A stretch of DNA of 64,000 bases from Deltaproteobacteria bacterium (GTDB lineage: Bacteria; Desulfobacterota; Desulfobacteria; Desulfobacterales; JAFDMD01): the NCBI GenBank assembly GCA_019306065.1, contig JAFDMF010000011.1, positions 6,311 through 70,310 of the forward strand. The letters run 5' to 3'. The translations under genes were made by a program, and so were the position numbers. Below are positions 11,033-21,767 of this stretch, in pieces (position 1 is the stretch's first letter; the number at the start of each line of letters is the position of its first letter). The notes beneath the pieces are model-generated. The model had not been told where the DNA came from, searched no databases, and worked only from the letters and a program-made list of their open reading frames with translations.

Positions 11033-11040
11033 TCTAAAAA

Positions 11041-11081
11041 AGTATCTGACAAAAGCGTAAGCTTTGCCAGATACTTTTTTT
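11041..11081 (+). terminator. Rho-independent terminator after rlpA
   Basis: agtatctg...cagatact stem with an inner caaaagc/gctttg extension, followed by a T7 run. Confidence 0.6.
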
Positions 11082-11141
11082 GCCTCTGAAATCTATAGAC
11101 CGGTTTTAACTAAAAACCGCATAAAAAGGCATATAAGATAA

Positions 11142-13874
11142 ATGGAAATAGACAATTATAACAATTTTTTTGCAGAAATTGAAAAAACCTTTATAAAAGA
11201 AAAAATAACGGGCGATTCCGGCTTTGTAAATCTTTTGGGCATAAAAGAAAAATATTTTAATAAAATAATCCCCTTTATAAAAAAAGAGCTGACAAAAGAC
11301 ACATCCGATTTTTCTTCGGACGATTTCGATTATATTTACGAAAAACTTTATACCTTCTTTAGCCGCTATTTAAACGAAACGGGAACCCCCTTTTTTGCGA
11401 ATACCCGCATTCATAACAACATATACGAAAAAATATATTCCGATACCGAAGACGTTACCCTGTTTTGGAAAACCGAAAAGCTTTATTATGTAAAATCGGA
11501 GGCAAGTTATAAAAATCTGGAAATCCGGCTTAAAGATATAATGTTTAAATTCGACGCGTCCGACCTTAAGCATCAAAAGGCAAACGAAAAAAAGGAGCTT
11601 ATTTTTTATCTTACGCGCATAGAAGATAAGGAACTTCTTTTTAAGGTAAGATATAAGGAGCAGCCGCAATATAACAAATTAAAAAAGATTTTAAATATCT
11701 CCGATACAAAAGAGATACAAAAATATATCAAAAATAATTACCCGAATATTGAAAACAACAGCATAAGAATAAATACAAACGACTTCGATCCTTCATTATG
11801 TAATAAAAGCAAACTATTAAACAATATTTTTATAAATGAAGACAAAGATATGCTAACCGTAGAATTAGAGTTTGCGCCTATAAAGCCCGATCAGATACTT
11901 CATTTTTGCGGCAAACGGCTCGGAAGGTTTAAATTAGAAGAAGAGGATTTGAATAAAGCTTTTTACAACTACAAAAAACAGAACGAAATAGATTATTTTA
12001 TACATAAAGACGCAAAAACTTTTTTGACCGAACAGCTTAACCTCTATTTTTACAACTACTTTATGAACGATCTTAAAACCGATTTTACCGAATCTAAAAT
12101 CAAAATCATGCAAAAGGTAAAAAAGGTTGCAAGCGTAGTTATAGAATATATTGCAAAATTTGAAAACGAATTAAAAGCGATTTGGGAAAAGCCTAAATTC
12201 GTAAGAAAATCCGATTATGTTTTAACGTTAGATAAACTTCAAAACAATATAAGCATAATAGAAAAAATCATTGACCAAAAAGAGTTTTGCCAACAAAAAA
12301 AAGAATGGGAGACTCTGGGATTTATAGATAAAGATTTTAATAAAAAAAATATACTTAAAAAAGATATTGCAAACGGTTTTATTTTAAACCCGAAATACTC
12401 TTTTTTGCCTATAGACACCAAATATTTTAAAAATCTAAAGTGGGACATCTTAAACTGTTTCGACAACTTAGACGATACTATTGACGGAACCCTTATAAAA
12501 TCGGATAACTGGCAGGCGTTAAATACAATCTTGCCCAAATTCAAAGATAAAATCCAAACCATATACATAGACCCGCCCTTTAATCTCGGAACAAATCCGG
12601 ATTTTTTATATAAAGTAAATTATAAAGACGCTAACTGGATAACCCTTTTGGAAAATAGAATCGGCATGGCGAAAGACCTGTTAAATAATAAAGGGAGTAT
12701 TTTTGTAAGATGCGATTATAACGGGAATATGTATGTAAGAATGCTTTTAAACGCTATTTTAAAGGAAAGTAACTTTAGGAATGAAATTATTTTAAGTAAA
12801 TCTGCAAAACTTACGGAGCAGATAACTCGTTATCATAACGCCCATGATTTCCTATTTTTTTATACTAAATCAAACGATTATTCTTTTAAAACGGCAACGA
12901 AAAAAAGAACGATTAAAAAATGGCGGAGTATGCACTTGCCCGGCGTAAGATGGTCTCCGATACCTAATAAATATATAAAACTATTTTCCAAAAATAATAT
13001 AAAAATGAAAAAAGGAAAGCATGTTACGCGCGCAAGAATAATTTTTGATAAAGAAATGTTACCGCCGGAAGGAAGGCATTGGGCTTTAAGTCAAGAAGTA
13101 ATATATAAATTGGAAAAAGAAGGCAAAATTTTAATGAACGGCGGCGGCGATCCTATTACAGAAGAAGCCGATCTTCAAAAACTCACGGACAATTGGACGG
13201 ATTGGGTCGGGTATTCTTCTTTATGGGGGTTTAGCACGGAAAATCATGAAAAAATTATCTCAAGAGCTATTTACACCTCTTCTTTAAATCATAACAATAT
13301 TATATTAGATTTCTTTCTCGGCTCGGGCACAACAACCGCAGTCGCCCACAAACTCGGCAGAAAATGGCTTGGGGTTGAAATGGGCGAACACTTTTACGAA
13401 GTGATTATACCCCGTATGAAAAAAGTTTTATTCTATGACAAATCCGGTATTTCAAAAGCCAAAGAGGTTGAAAAAAATTACAACCCAAACAATGCCGGAG
13501 GTTTTTTTAAATACTACGAATTGGAACAATACGAAGAAACCCTTGCAAAATGCAAATACGATAACCAAACCAAAGAGCTTGAGCAAAATGAAAAAGAGCT
13601 TGCCGGTTATACCTTTGCTCAAGATCAAAAAATGTTAGACGCCGTTACAATAGATTACGAAAAAGAAACCTCCGCAATTAATTTTTACAAACTTTATTCG
13701 GATATTGATATAGCCGAAACAATCTCCAACCTTACGGGCAAAAAAATAAAAAAGCTTCAAAAAAATTATGCTATATTCGATAATGAAGGGAAAGAGGAAA
13801 AAATTATTTTCAACGAAATAACCTATGATAAATACTCCTTTATAAAACCTCTTATATGGTGGAAAAGCCAATAA
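11142..13874 (+). CDS. mod: Type III restriction-modification methyltransferase (Mod-like, beta-class N6A/N4C MTase) with a long N-terminal extension
   Basis: 910 aa. Motif IV IYIDPPFN precedes motif I FFLGSGTTTAVAHKLGRKWLGVE (the circular order typical of type III Mod). The stop abuts the res ATG. Confidence 0.8.
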   Translation: MEIDNYNNFFAEIEKTFIKEKITGDSGFVNLLGIKEKYFNKIIPFIKKELTKDTSDFSSDDFDYIYEKLYTFFSRYLNETGTPFFANTRIHNNIYEKIYSDTEDVTLFWKTEKLYYVKSEASYKNLEIRLKDIMFKFDASDLKHQKANEKKELIFYLTRIEDKELLFKVRYKEQPQYNKLKKILNISDTKEIQKYIKNNYPNIENNSIRINTNDFDPSLCNKSKLLNNIFINEDKDMLTVELEFAPIKPDQILHFCGKRLGRFKLEEEDLNKAFYNYKKQNEIDYFIHKDAKTFLTEQLNLYFYNYFMNDLKTDFTESKIKIMQKVKKVASVVIEYIAKFENELKAIWEKPKFVRKSDYVLTLDKLQNNISIIEKIIDQKEFCQQKKEWETLGFIDKDFNKKNILKKDIANGFILNPKYSFLPIDTKYFKNLKWDILNCFDNLDDTIDGTLIKSDNWQALNTILPKFKDKIQTIYIDPPFNLGTNPDFLYKVNYKDANWITLLENRIGMAKDLLNNKGSIFVRCDYNGNMYVRMLLNAILKESNFRNEIILSKSAKLTEQITRYHNAHDFLFFYTKSNDYSFKTATKKRTIKKWRSMHLPGVRWSPIPNKYIKLFSKNNIKMKKGKHVTRARIIFDKEMLPPEGRHWALSQEVIYKLEKEGKILMNGGGDPITEEADLQKLTDNWTDWVGYSSLWGFSTENHEKIISRAIYTSSLNHNNIILDFFLGSGTTTAVAHKLGRKWLGVEMGEHFYEVIIPRMKKVLFYDKSGISKAKEVEKNYNPNNAGGFFKYYELEQYEETLAKCKYDNQTKELEQNEKELAGYTFAQDQKMLDAVTIDYEKETSAINFYKLYSDIDIAETISNLTGKKIKKLQKNYAIFDNEGKEEKIIFNEITYDKYSFIKPLIWWKSQ

Positions 13875-16800
13875 ATGAAAAAACCGGAAATAAAAAAAAA
13901 AATAATACTTGCAAAAATTTGCGAAAAAAAGCCGGGTAACATCCCTGAAATCTATAACATGCAAAATATTGCCGATTTCGGATTAGATTATAAACTTTAC
14001 GATTATCAGCAAAAAGCCTTATCCAACATATTAAACTGCCTATATCTTTATTTTAACAATAAAAAAAAATTCTACGAGTTATATCAAAACAACGGATTGG
14101 ATACAGACTTTGAAAAAAATCTTCATATAACATACGCAGATAAAAGCTTTGATTTTTACAACCGTTTTTATCAAAAAAAAAACTCCGTAATACCCTTTAA
14201 AAACTTTATAAACAGGGCATCCTTTTGGATGGCTACAGGCTCCGGCAAAACCCTTGTTATGATAAAACTTATCCAAATACTCTTTAATCTGATACAAGCC
14301 GGAGAAATACCAAAAAAAAACATCCTTATACTCGCTCCAAAAGAGAACATATTAAGCCAGATAAAACAACAGATAGAAACCTTTAATAAAAGCTATAAAC
14401 TTACCATAAAACTTAAAAGCTTAAAAAACTTTGCCAAAACGGCTCGGCAAGGGGATATGTTTGCCAGCGAAAGCGTAACCGTCTTTTATTACAGGGCAGA
14501 CAACATATCCGATAAAGATAACGTTTCCGTAAAAAAAGACGCCTACAAACAAAGGATAGATTACGAAAATATATTAAATAACGGAAACTGGTATCTTCTG
14601 TTAGACGAAGCCCATAAAGGAATAAAAGACGCCAGCAAAAGACAACAATATTATACCGCTTTAAGCAAAAACGGTTTCTTGTTCAATTTTTCGGCAACCT
14701 TTGTAGAACTTATAGATATTGTAACCACAGTTTATAATTTCAACCTCAAAGAATTTATAGCCGCAGGATACGGCAAACGCCTAAAAATTATGAACTCCGA
14801 ATATAAATACTTTGATAAAAAAAATAAGGAATTTAGCGAAAAAGAAAGAGAAAAAATAATTTTAAAGTCCTTAATAACATTAGCGGCGGTAAAAAAAGAG
14901 AAAAAAAAAATAGACGATATAAAAGCCGGATTTTATCACAATCCCATGCTCGTTACCATTGCAAACAGGGTAAACGCTACGGATGCGGAACTTAAAATAT
15001 TCTTTAACAAGCTTGTTAAAATAGCAAAAGGGGATTTTGAAATAGAAGAGGCAAAAGAAAGCTTGGCAGATGATTTTAAAGAAAATTTAAAATATCATTT
15101 TGATATGGAAAAAATATCCGAAAATTTTTTGGACATAATAGAGGAAATTACAAAAGAGGATATTTTAAAACATATATTCAATACAGAAAAACAGGGAGGC
15201 ATAGAATATTCTACAATAGCCGGAAATTCCAAAGAGATAGCTTTTACCCATAAAAATTCCTCCGAGCCTTTCGCTTTAATATACATATCCGAAGCCGATA
15301 AATTTAAAGCCGAACTTCTTAATAATTACATAGAAAGCAAAACCCCATATACAGAAAGCTTTTTCAGCCGAATAAACGACAGCGAAAATCCTATAAACAT
15401 CCTCCTCGGCTCCCGTATATTTACGGAAGGATGGGACAGCAACAGACCCAACGTAATAAATTTTATAAACATAGGAGTAAATGAAGAGGCTAAAAAATTC
15501 GTTTTACAGGCTGCCGGCAGAGGCGTAAGAATAGAACCGGTAAAAAATTTTAGAAAAAGATTTAAAAAATTTAAAAATCATTCGGAATACGTAGAGGATG
15601 GCAAGTATGAAAAAATTCTTAAAACCGTTCAATCCATAGAAACCCTTTTTATATTTGCCACAAAAAAGGAAGTCCTTAAAAATATAATAGACGAATTAGA
15701 TAAAGACGATATTGATACATGGAAAAGAATAAAAGGAATAGAATACAACAAAAAAGCGCGGGAAAAAATATTCGTTTATACCGTCAAAAATCAAAAAACC
15801 GCACATTTTCAGTATAATATACATAAATCCGATTATCAAAACTGCCTTAATTTTATAGGAAATAAAAAAAATCCCAAAGATAAAATAATTTTATTTAACA
15901 ATACGGCGCATAATAAAAACATAATAAAAACCTTAAATAAAATAAGAAAAAAAAATAATTTTAAACACAACGCCAAAAAAATAGACCATCCGCCGCAACA
16001 AACCCTGTTTATTCTAAACGATTACTTTAATATGCCGGAAAAAGCCTTAGTCTTTGAAAAATTCAAACCAATAGAAAAAGAGATAAAACATTTTGAAAAA
16101 ATAGAGGCAAAAAATATAGGGAGCTATCAATTGCAAGGATTAGAAAAATATATAGAAGCCTCGTTAAAAAAAAATGGCTTAACATCCGAAGAAGATATAA
16201 AAAAAGCTAAGAAAAATTTAAACGCCTCTTTGGATAGAGGAGAATTAAAAGGGAAAGAATACAGGGAAAAACTAGAACAATATTCGGAACAATCAAAAAC
16301 GTTAAAAATCTTAAACAGAAAAAGCGGCAACAAATACCTTTGCAACATAGAAATCAATACCGAATTTCTTAACGAACATTATTATAAACCGATACTGTTT
16401 GCCGAAAACTATTATAAAGAATTTTTCAGATACATAATAAAAGAAAGATCGGAAATAGAATTTATAAAAGAATTGGAAAAATATTATAATACTAGAAAAA
16501 ACAGCTTAAAAGAATGCGATTGGTGGTATTTTTCCAAAATAATAGAAAATACGGATGAAATAAATATTCCTTATTACAACTCTATCACTCAAAAACCGTC
16601 TTATTTTTACCCGGATTTTATATTCTGGCTTAAAAAAAATAATAAATATTATATAATCTTTATAGACCCCAAAGGAACCGAACATACCGGAAACGCCATA
16701 GATAAAATAAAAGGATTTAAAAAATTTTTAAAAGGAGAATTAAGATATAAAAATAAAAAAGTTATTCCGAGATTATGGTATTTTAACGAAAAAAAACCGG

Positions 16801-16919
16801 CTAATGATTTGAAACAAGATTATCAAAAATATTGGATCGACGATTTAAAAAAAATCTTCGATCTTGATAAACCCGATTTAAAATATAAAAAGGAAACCTC
16901 CATAACTAAAAATATTTAG
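13875..16919 (+). CDS. res: Type III restriction enzyme Res subunit (SF2 helicase plus C-terminal PD-(D/E)xK nuclease)
   Basis: 1014 aa. Walker A MATGSGKT, DEAH-type LLLDEAHK, and C-terminal YPDFIFW...IIFIDPKG are present. Confidence 0.8.
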   Translation: MKKPEIKKKIILAKICEKKPGNIPEIYNMQNIADFGLDYKLYDYQQKALSNILNCLYLYFNNKKKFYELYQNNGLDTDFEKNLHITYADKSFDFYNRFYQKKNSVIPFKNFINRASFWMATGSGKTLVMIKLIQILFNLIQAGEIPKKNILILAPKENILSQIKQQIETFNKSYKLTIKLKSLKNFAKTARQGDMFASESVTVFYYRADNISDKDNVSVKKDAYKQRIDYENILNNGNWYLLLDEAHKGIKDASKRQQYYTALSKNGFLFNFSATFVELIDIVTTVYNFNLKEFIAAGYGKRLKIMNSEYKYFDKKNKEFSEKEREKIILKSLITLAAVKKEKKKIDDIKAGFYHNPMLVTIANRVNATDAELKIFFNKLVKIAKGDFEIEEAKESLADDFKENLKYHFDMEKISENFLDIIEEITKEDILKHIFNTEKQGGIEYSTIAGNSKEIAFTHKNSSEPFALIYISEADKFKAELLNNYIESKTPYTESFFSRINDSENPINILLGSRIFTEGWDSNRPNVINFINIGVNEEAKKFVLQAAGRGVRIEPVKNFRKRFKKFKNHSEYVEDGKYEKILKTVQSIETLFIFATKKEVLKNIIDELDKDDIDTWKRIKGIEYNKKAREKIFVYTVKNQKTAHFQYNIHKSDYQNCLNFIGNKKNPKDKIILFNNTAHNKNIIKTLNKIRKKNNFKHNAKKIDHPPQQTLFILNDYFNMPEKALVFEKFKPIEKEIKHFEKIEAKNIGSYQLQGLEKYIEASLKKNGLTSEEDIKKAKKNLNASLDRGELKGKEYREKLEQYSEQSKTLKILNRKSGNKYLCNIEINTEFLNEHYYKPILFAENYYKEFFRYIIKERSEIEFIKELEKYYNTRKNSLKECDWWYFSKIIENTDEINIPYYNSITQKPSYFYPDFIFWLKKNNKYYIIFIDPKGTEHTGNAIDKIKGFKKFLKGELRYKNKKVIPRLWYFNEKKPANDLKQDYQKYWIDDLKKIFDLDKPDLKYKKETSITKNI

Positions 16920-17162
16920 ACACAAAAAAGAATGATTATAAAAAGGTAAAGGAAATAATAACGGGATTTCTCGCTTCACTCGTCAAAATCTCATAATAAA
17001 AATAGCAATTTCACTGTTCAACAAAAAATTTTGTTCGTTTGCAAGGCTTGCAAAAATTTTAACCGCAGGCTTATTAAAAATAAGTCGAGGATTAAAATTC
17101 GAGCATAACACCAAAAACTGGCAAAATACGAAGTCGGACAGCAAAATTTAAACAGAGGAAAT
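16914..17162. repeat. Composite intergenic repeat copy ending in the SD of coaX
   Basis: It carries the same module order as 1481-1685: tagacacaaaaaagaatgattataaaaagg, gggatttctcgcttcactcgtc, ctcataataaaaata, ttgttcgtttgcaaggcttgcaaaaa, tggcaaaatacgaagtcggacagcaaaatttaaacagaggaaat. The coaX ATG follows. Confidence 0.7.
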
Positions 17163-17948
17163 ATGCTTTTTCTAATAGACGTAGGCAATACAAATATTGT
17201 AATGGGAGTATATGATAAGGATAAGCATGTGCGCGACTGGAGAATTCGCACAGTAGCGGATACTACCGAAGATGAATTTAACGCGCTTGTAAAAAACCTT
17301 TTTGCAGACGCAAAAATAACTCCGAATCTGATTAAAAAAACGGTTATATCCTGCGTTGTTCCCCCTATAATAGGAATTTTGAATAAATTTTGTAAAAAAT
17401 ATCTGGGGCATAATCCCTTATGGGTAGATCCGAAAACCTGCGGAGTTATGCCTATCCTTTATAAAAATCCCGCCGAAGTAGGAGCGGATAGAATTGTAAA
17501 CGGAGTAGCGGCTTATAATAAATATAAATCTTCACTTATAGTGGTTGATTTCGGCACAGCTACAACCTTTGATGCAATTTCGGAAAAAGGGGAATATCTG
17601 GGAGGCGCCATAAGCCCCGGAGTAACGATAGCCGCGGAAGCTTTATTTAAAAGAGCCTCGAAACTTCCGAGAGTGGATATTTTTACTCCGCCGGAAAATA
17701 TAATAGGAAAAGATACCATAGAAAGTATTAAATCCGGTATAATTTACGGCTATGCGGGGCTGGTAGAGGGCATAATAAAAAGAATGAGCGCCAGTATGGG
17801 AACTGATCCTATGGTTGTAGCTACGGGCGGACTTGCGGAATTAATGGCTAAAGTTACGGATGTCATAAAAAAGGTAGAACCAGATTTAACGCTTGAAGGA
17901 CTGAAATATATAGGAACTAATTTTTATCGAAATGAGAAAAATACATAG
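17163..17948 (+). CDS. coaX: Type III pantothenate kinase
   Basis: 261 aa. [20 protein letters not shown] and GADR motifs are present. Confidence 0.9.
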   Translation: MLFLIDVGNTNIVMGVYDKDKHVRDWRIRTVADTTEDEFNALVKNLFADAKITPNLIKKTVISCVVPPIIGILNKFCKKYLGHNPLWVDPKTCGVMPILYKNPAEVGADRIVNGVAAYNKYKSSLIVVDFGTATTFDAISEKGEYLGGAISPGVTIAAEALFKRASKLPRVDIFTPPENIIGKDTIESIKSGIIYGYAGLVEGIIKRMSASMGTDPMVVATGGLAELMAKVTDVIKKVEPDLTLEGLKYIGTNFYRNEKNT

Positions 17949-19947
17949 TAAAATACCCTCTGCCCTGAGTTAACGATCTTAATTCGGTAGAATATCCGAA
18001 CATTTTAGAAAGAGGAACTATTGCCGAGAGTATTTGTATTCCGTCATTTGCCTCTATACCCTCTATTTTTCCGCTTTTTGAATTAATATCTCCTATAACC
18101 TCTCCCATAAAAGCCTCTGGAACAAAAACTTTTACGTTCATTAGAGGTTCCAATAAAAAGGATTCTGCCTTTGCCAAAGCTTTTTGACATACGATTGAAG
18201 CGCTGGCTTTATAGGCAAGCTCGTCGCTAATATTCTCTTTAAAAGAGCCTCCTACAAGCGCGGCTTCTACGTCTATAACCGGATACCCTAAAACAATCCC
18301 GCTTTCAAGAGACTGTAATATACTCCCTTTTATAGCCTCAATAAATATATCCGGTATTGTTTCGTTATTAACCTCGCTTTTAAACAAATTGCCCATGCCT
18401 CTTTTTAAAGGAGTTAGTTGTATCTTAACCTCCGCAAAACGCCGCCGCCCGTCAATCTCTTTATCGAATATAAAGGCTTCGGTATGTTTAATTCCTATTG
18501 TTTCTCTATATACCACCTGCGGTCTGCCTACATTTACCTCCAAATTAAATTCTCTTTTCATTCGGCTTACTATTACTTCAAGATGAAGTTCACCCATGCC
18601 GGAAAGTATAGTCTGCCCGGTATCTTCGTTTGTTTTTACTTTAAGGGTAGGATCTTCTGCTGTATATTTTTCTATTATTTCGGAAAGCTTATCCTGATCC
18701 GAAACCGTTTTTGACTCTACGGCTATAGATATTACGGGCTCATAAACCTCAATGTTTTCCAAAATAAGCTTATCTGTTTCGCCGCACAAAGTTTCGCCTG
18801 TAGAAGAAAGTTTTAAACCTACAAGCCCTACTATACTGCCGGGCCCCGCTTTTTCGATTCTTTCCTTTTTATTTGCATGCATAAGCATTATACGGGCGAC
18901 TTTTTCTTTTATACCTCTTGCAGAATTATAAACGCTCTGCCCCGCGGTAAGCTCTCCGCTGTATATTCTGGCGTAACATAACTTGCGCCCTTCAAGCATT
19001 GCAACTTTAAATATTAATGCGGCAAGAGGTTTATTTTTTTGCGGAAAGCATTTTATAACCTCTTTGGAATCGGAAAGAACTCCTTCTATAGGAGGCACGT
19101 CAAACGGACTCGGCATAAATTGGACTATGGCGTCTAACATCGGCTGTATTCCCTTATTTCTAAGAGCGGAACCGCATAAAACCGGAACCAATTTTAAGCC
19201 GACCGTTCCTTTTCTTATGGAAGCTATTATCGCCTCGTTTGTTATCTCCTGTTCGCCTATATAAGCCTCCATAATATCATCGTCAAACTCCGCCGCGCTT
19301 TCTATTATTTTTTCTCTGTATTCAAGCGCCTGTTCAAGCATATTTTCCGGTATATCTTCAATTCTATAATTTTTGCCGAATTCCTCGGTCTCCCATATAA
19401 AACTTTTCATGCTCAAGAGGTCTATAACTCCGACAAAGGCATCTTCCGCCCCTAATGGAAGCTGAAGTATCAGCGGATTGGCGTTAAGTCTTTCCTTTAT
19501 CATTCGGACGGTTTTAAAAAAATCCGCCCCTATTCTATCCATTTTATTGATAAAGGCTATTTTCGGAACATAATATTTATCCGCCTGATGCCATACGGTT
19601 TCGGATTGCGGCTCCACGCCTCCAACAGCGCAAAAAACGCCTACGGCTCCGTCTAACACGCGCAAAGAACGCTCCACCTCTATGGTAAAATCCACATGTC
19701 CGGGAGTGTCTATTATCTGTATTATATTATTGTTCCATTCGCATGTAGTAACCGCTGATGTTATTGTAATGCCCCGTTCCTGCTCGTCTGGCATCCAGTC
19801 CATAACCGCTTGTCCGTTATGAACCTCTCCTATTTTATGAGAACGTCCTGTATAATATAAAATTCTTTCTGTAACCGTTGTTTTGCCCGCATCTATATGG
19901 GCTATTATGCCGATATTTCTTATTTTATCGGTTTGATTCTTTTTCAT
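17917..19947 (-). CDS. fusA: Elongation factor G family GTPase (stand-alone, probably an EF-G paralogue)
   Basis: 676 aa. [17 protein letters not shown] and NKMDR are present. It is not flanked by rpsL/rpsG/tuf, and its 3' end overlaps the convergent coaX by 32 nt. Confidence 0.85.
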   Translation of the reverse strand: MKKNQTDKIRNIGIIAHIDAGKTTVTERILYYTGRSHKIGEVHNGQAVMDWMPDEQERGITITSAVTTCEWNNNIIQIIDTPGHVDFTIEVERSLRVLDGAVGVFCAVGGVEPQSETVWHQADKYYVPKIAFINKMDRIGADFFKTVRMIKERLNANPLILQLPLGAEDAFVGVIDLLSMKSFIWETEEFGKNYRIEDIPENMLEQALEYREKIIESAAEFDDDIMEAYIGEQEITNEAIIASIRKGTVGLKLVPVLCGSALRNKGIQPMLDAIVQFMPSPFDVPPIEGVLSDSKEVIKCFPQKNKPLAALIFKVAMLEGRKLCYARIYSGELTAGQSVYNSARGIKEKVARIMLMHANKKERIEKAGPGSIVGLVGLKLSSTGETLCGETDKLILENIEVYEPVISIAVESKTVSDQDKLSEIIEKYTAEDPTLKVKTNEDTGQTILSGMGELHLEVIVSRMKREFNLEVNVGRPQVVYRETIGIKHTEAFIFDKEIDGRRRFAEVKIQLTPLKRGMGNLFKSEVNNETIPDIFIEAIKGSILQSLESGIVLGYPVIDVEAALVGGSFKENISDELAYKASASIVCQKALAKAESFLLEPLMNVKVFVPEAFMGEVIGDINSKSGKIEGIEANDGIQILSAIVPLSKMFGYSTELRSLTQGRGYFTMYFSHFDKN

Positions 19948-20213
19948 AGCGATACTTTTTAAATGAGTCTGTTTTTTATCTTTAAATTACAAAATGTTAT
20001 AATATTTTTTATGCAAAAGCTTTTTATAGTCAACAAGCCTTTATGTCAATAACATAAGTATAACGCTTCCGTTCAATAAACTATTTTACGGATCTTCTAT
20101 GTTTATATTTTACTTAAAATGATTAGCCTCGCTTAATTCGATAAAATAACGGCGTACAAATAAAAAGGCGGGTTTTTAATAACCCATCTCTATTATAAAT
20201 TTATAAAAAATAA

Positions 20214-20423
20214 TTATTCCTGTTTGGTTAAAACAATTTTAAATTTACCCTCCGCTATATCGATTTTAGTATCATACCCTTTGCTTTCGGCAAGTCTTTG
20301 AACGTTTTCGCAAGCTATATTCGTATCTACAAATACCTCCAAATTCCTTTTATTTTCTTTGATAGCGTTTAAGGTTAAAACAACAGGTTGGGGACAAGAA
20401 AGTCCGCAAGCGTCTATTTTCAT
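20214..20423 (-). CDS. TusA/SirA-family sulfurtransferase-like protein
   Basis: 69 aa with the N-terminal CPxP motif (DACGLSCPQPVV). It lies immediately downstream of the YedE-like gene. Confidence 0.75.
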   Translation of the reverse strand: MKIDACGLSCPQPVVLTLNAIKENKRNLEVFVDTNIACENVQRLAESKGYDTKIDIAEGKFKIVLTKQE

Positions 20424-20433
20424 TTTAAGCCTC

Positions 20434-21561
20434 CTATATTTTTTCCCGCATAGTAAATCCTATAATCAAGCATGCCAATATTCCGATAATTACCGCAGTC
20501 ATGCCGTAGCTTGAAACTCCTCCTACCTTTAAAACTCCGTCTATAACGGCGTCCGGCTTTGCAGCCAAACCGAAATTATGCGCAAAAGCCGCTCCGGTAA
20601 TCATTCCCAAAACAAAAATCGCCGCATCCGTATCTCCTTCGCCAGATAATATAAGTTGTCTTCCCGGACATCCTCCGGCTAAAACAAAAGCCAAGCCCGC
20701 AAGAACCATGCCCAAAAAATTCCATAAATAGTCGCTATGAGCTATTGGCTGAGCCGCAATGCCGAAATTTACCTGACCCAACATAAGATTTATTAAAAAT
20801 GCGGACAAAAAAAGAGCGATTACGCCTCGCATAAGATGGAAATCTCTTACCAACATAACGTCGCGTATGGAGCCCATTGTACAGAATCTGACGCGCTGAG
20901 CTATAAAACCTATTATTAATCCGGCGGACAATGAAATTATAAGCGGCGCATGCATCGAACCCGACCCTTTTTCGCTTAAAAAAATCGCCCCGTTTGCTCC
21001 GAACTTAGGCGCAAATACAAGCAAAAGCAACAACCCCGCCATTATTGCGGGCATAATTAAACCGGAAGAATAATAAGAGTTGCGGGAGCGACCGAGGTTA
21101 TATCCGTATTTAAGAAATTGATCTCCTACGGCAATTCCGGAGGCAAGTCCGGCGATGCCGATAATAGCGTTTAAGTCTCCGCCTGCAAGACGTAAAAAAG
21201 CCCGCCAAGGACATCCTAAAAAAGCCAACGCTCCTATCATAGCAAACATGCCGAGTATAAAACGAACAAGAGGCGCCGAACCTGTTCTTGCCTTAAATTC
21301 CTTAAAAATAAAAGCCGCAACAAGGGAGCCGAGAACAAAACCGATAATTTCGGGCCTTATATACTGAACTACCGAAGCTCTATGAAGCCCCAAAGCTCCG
21401 GCAATATCCCGCTCGAAACAGGCTACGCATACCCCCATATTCGGCGGATTGCCAAATTTTTGTAAAAATGCCGCGAGAACTAATATCTCCTTTCTAAAAA
21501 TAAATTTTATTTTATCCGCACACTTATAAACGACGGTTAAAAAGAGCACTATGTTGTCCAT
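20434..21561 (-). CDS. YeeE/YedE-family membrane protein, resembling the YedE/FdhT putative selenium-metabolism subgroup
   Basis: 375 aa, polytopic. GNPPNMGVCVACFERDIAGALGLH, FLGCPWR..LRLAGGDLNA and the second-half GGCPGRQL repeat are present. The start codon choice is uncertain. Confidence 0.7.
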   Translation of the reverse strand: MDNIVLFLTVVYKCADKIKFIFRKEILVLAAFLQKFGNPPNMGVCVACFERDIAGALGLHRASVVQYIRPEIIGFVLGSLVAAFIFKEFKARTGSAPLVRFILGMFAMIGALAFLGCPWRAFLRLAGGDLNAIIGIAGLASGIAVGDQFLKYGYNLGRSRNSYYSSGLIMPAIMAGLLLLLVFAPKFGANGAIFLSEKGSGSMHAPLIISLSAGLIIGFIAQRVRFCTMGSIRDVMLVRDFHLMRGVIALFLSAFLINLMLGQVNFGIAAQPIAHSDYLWNFLGMVLAGLAFVLAGGCPGRQLILSGEGDTDAAIFVLGMITGAAFAHNFGLAAKPDAVIDGVLKVGGVSSYGMTAVIIGILACLIIGFTMREKI

Positions 21562-21767
21562 CCTTTAAAACATAGCCGCGCCGCCGCTTTTAATTTCTAC
21601 GAAAACATTAAGTTCTACCGAACCGGCATAGTTAAAAAATTTTCAGTTTCATCTGCGCCGCAACATTATAACTCACCCCCTTATTTAAAATTTAAATTTC
21701 ACTGTATAACTTAGTATTTTGCCCGTTTTAGGCGTTCTGCATTCTCCTCTTTTCAATGGGGGATAGG

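Noticed and set aside
17118-17135. tggcaaaatacgaagt as a sigma-54 (-24 GG / -12 GC) promoter in the repeat module
   Set aside because: It has the TGGCA half, but no TTGC(A/T) at the correct 4-5 nt spacing, and the other copies vary at these positions.
21562-21767. Possible riboswitch or leader upstream of the YedE-like gene (contains the mini-ORF MLRRR)
   Set aside because: I could not recognise any known riboswitch consensus or a conserved terminator/antiterminator pair by eye.
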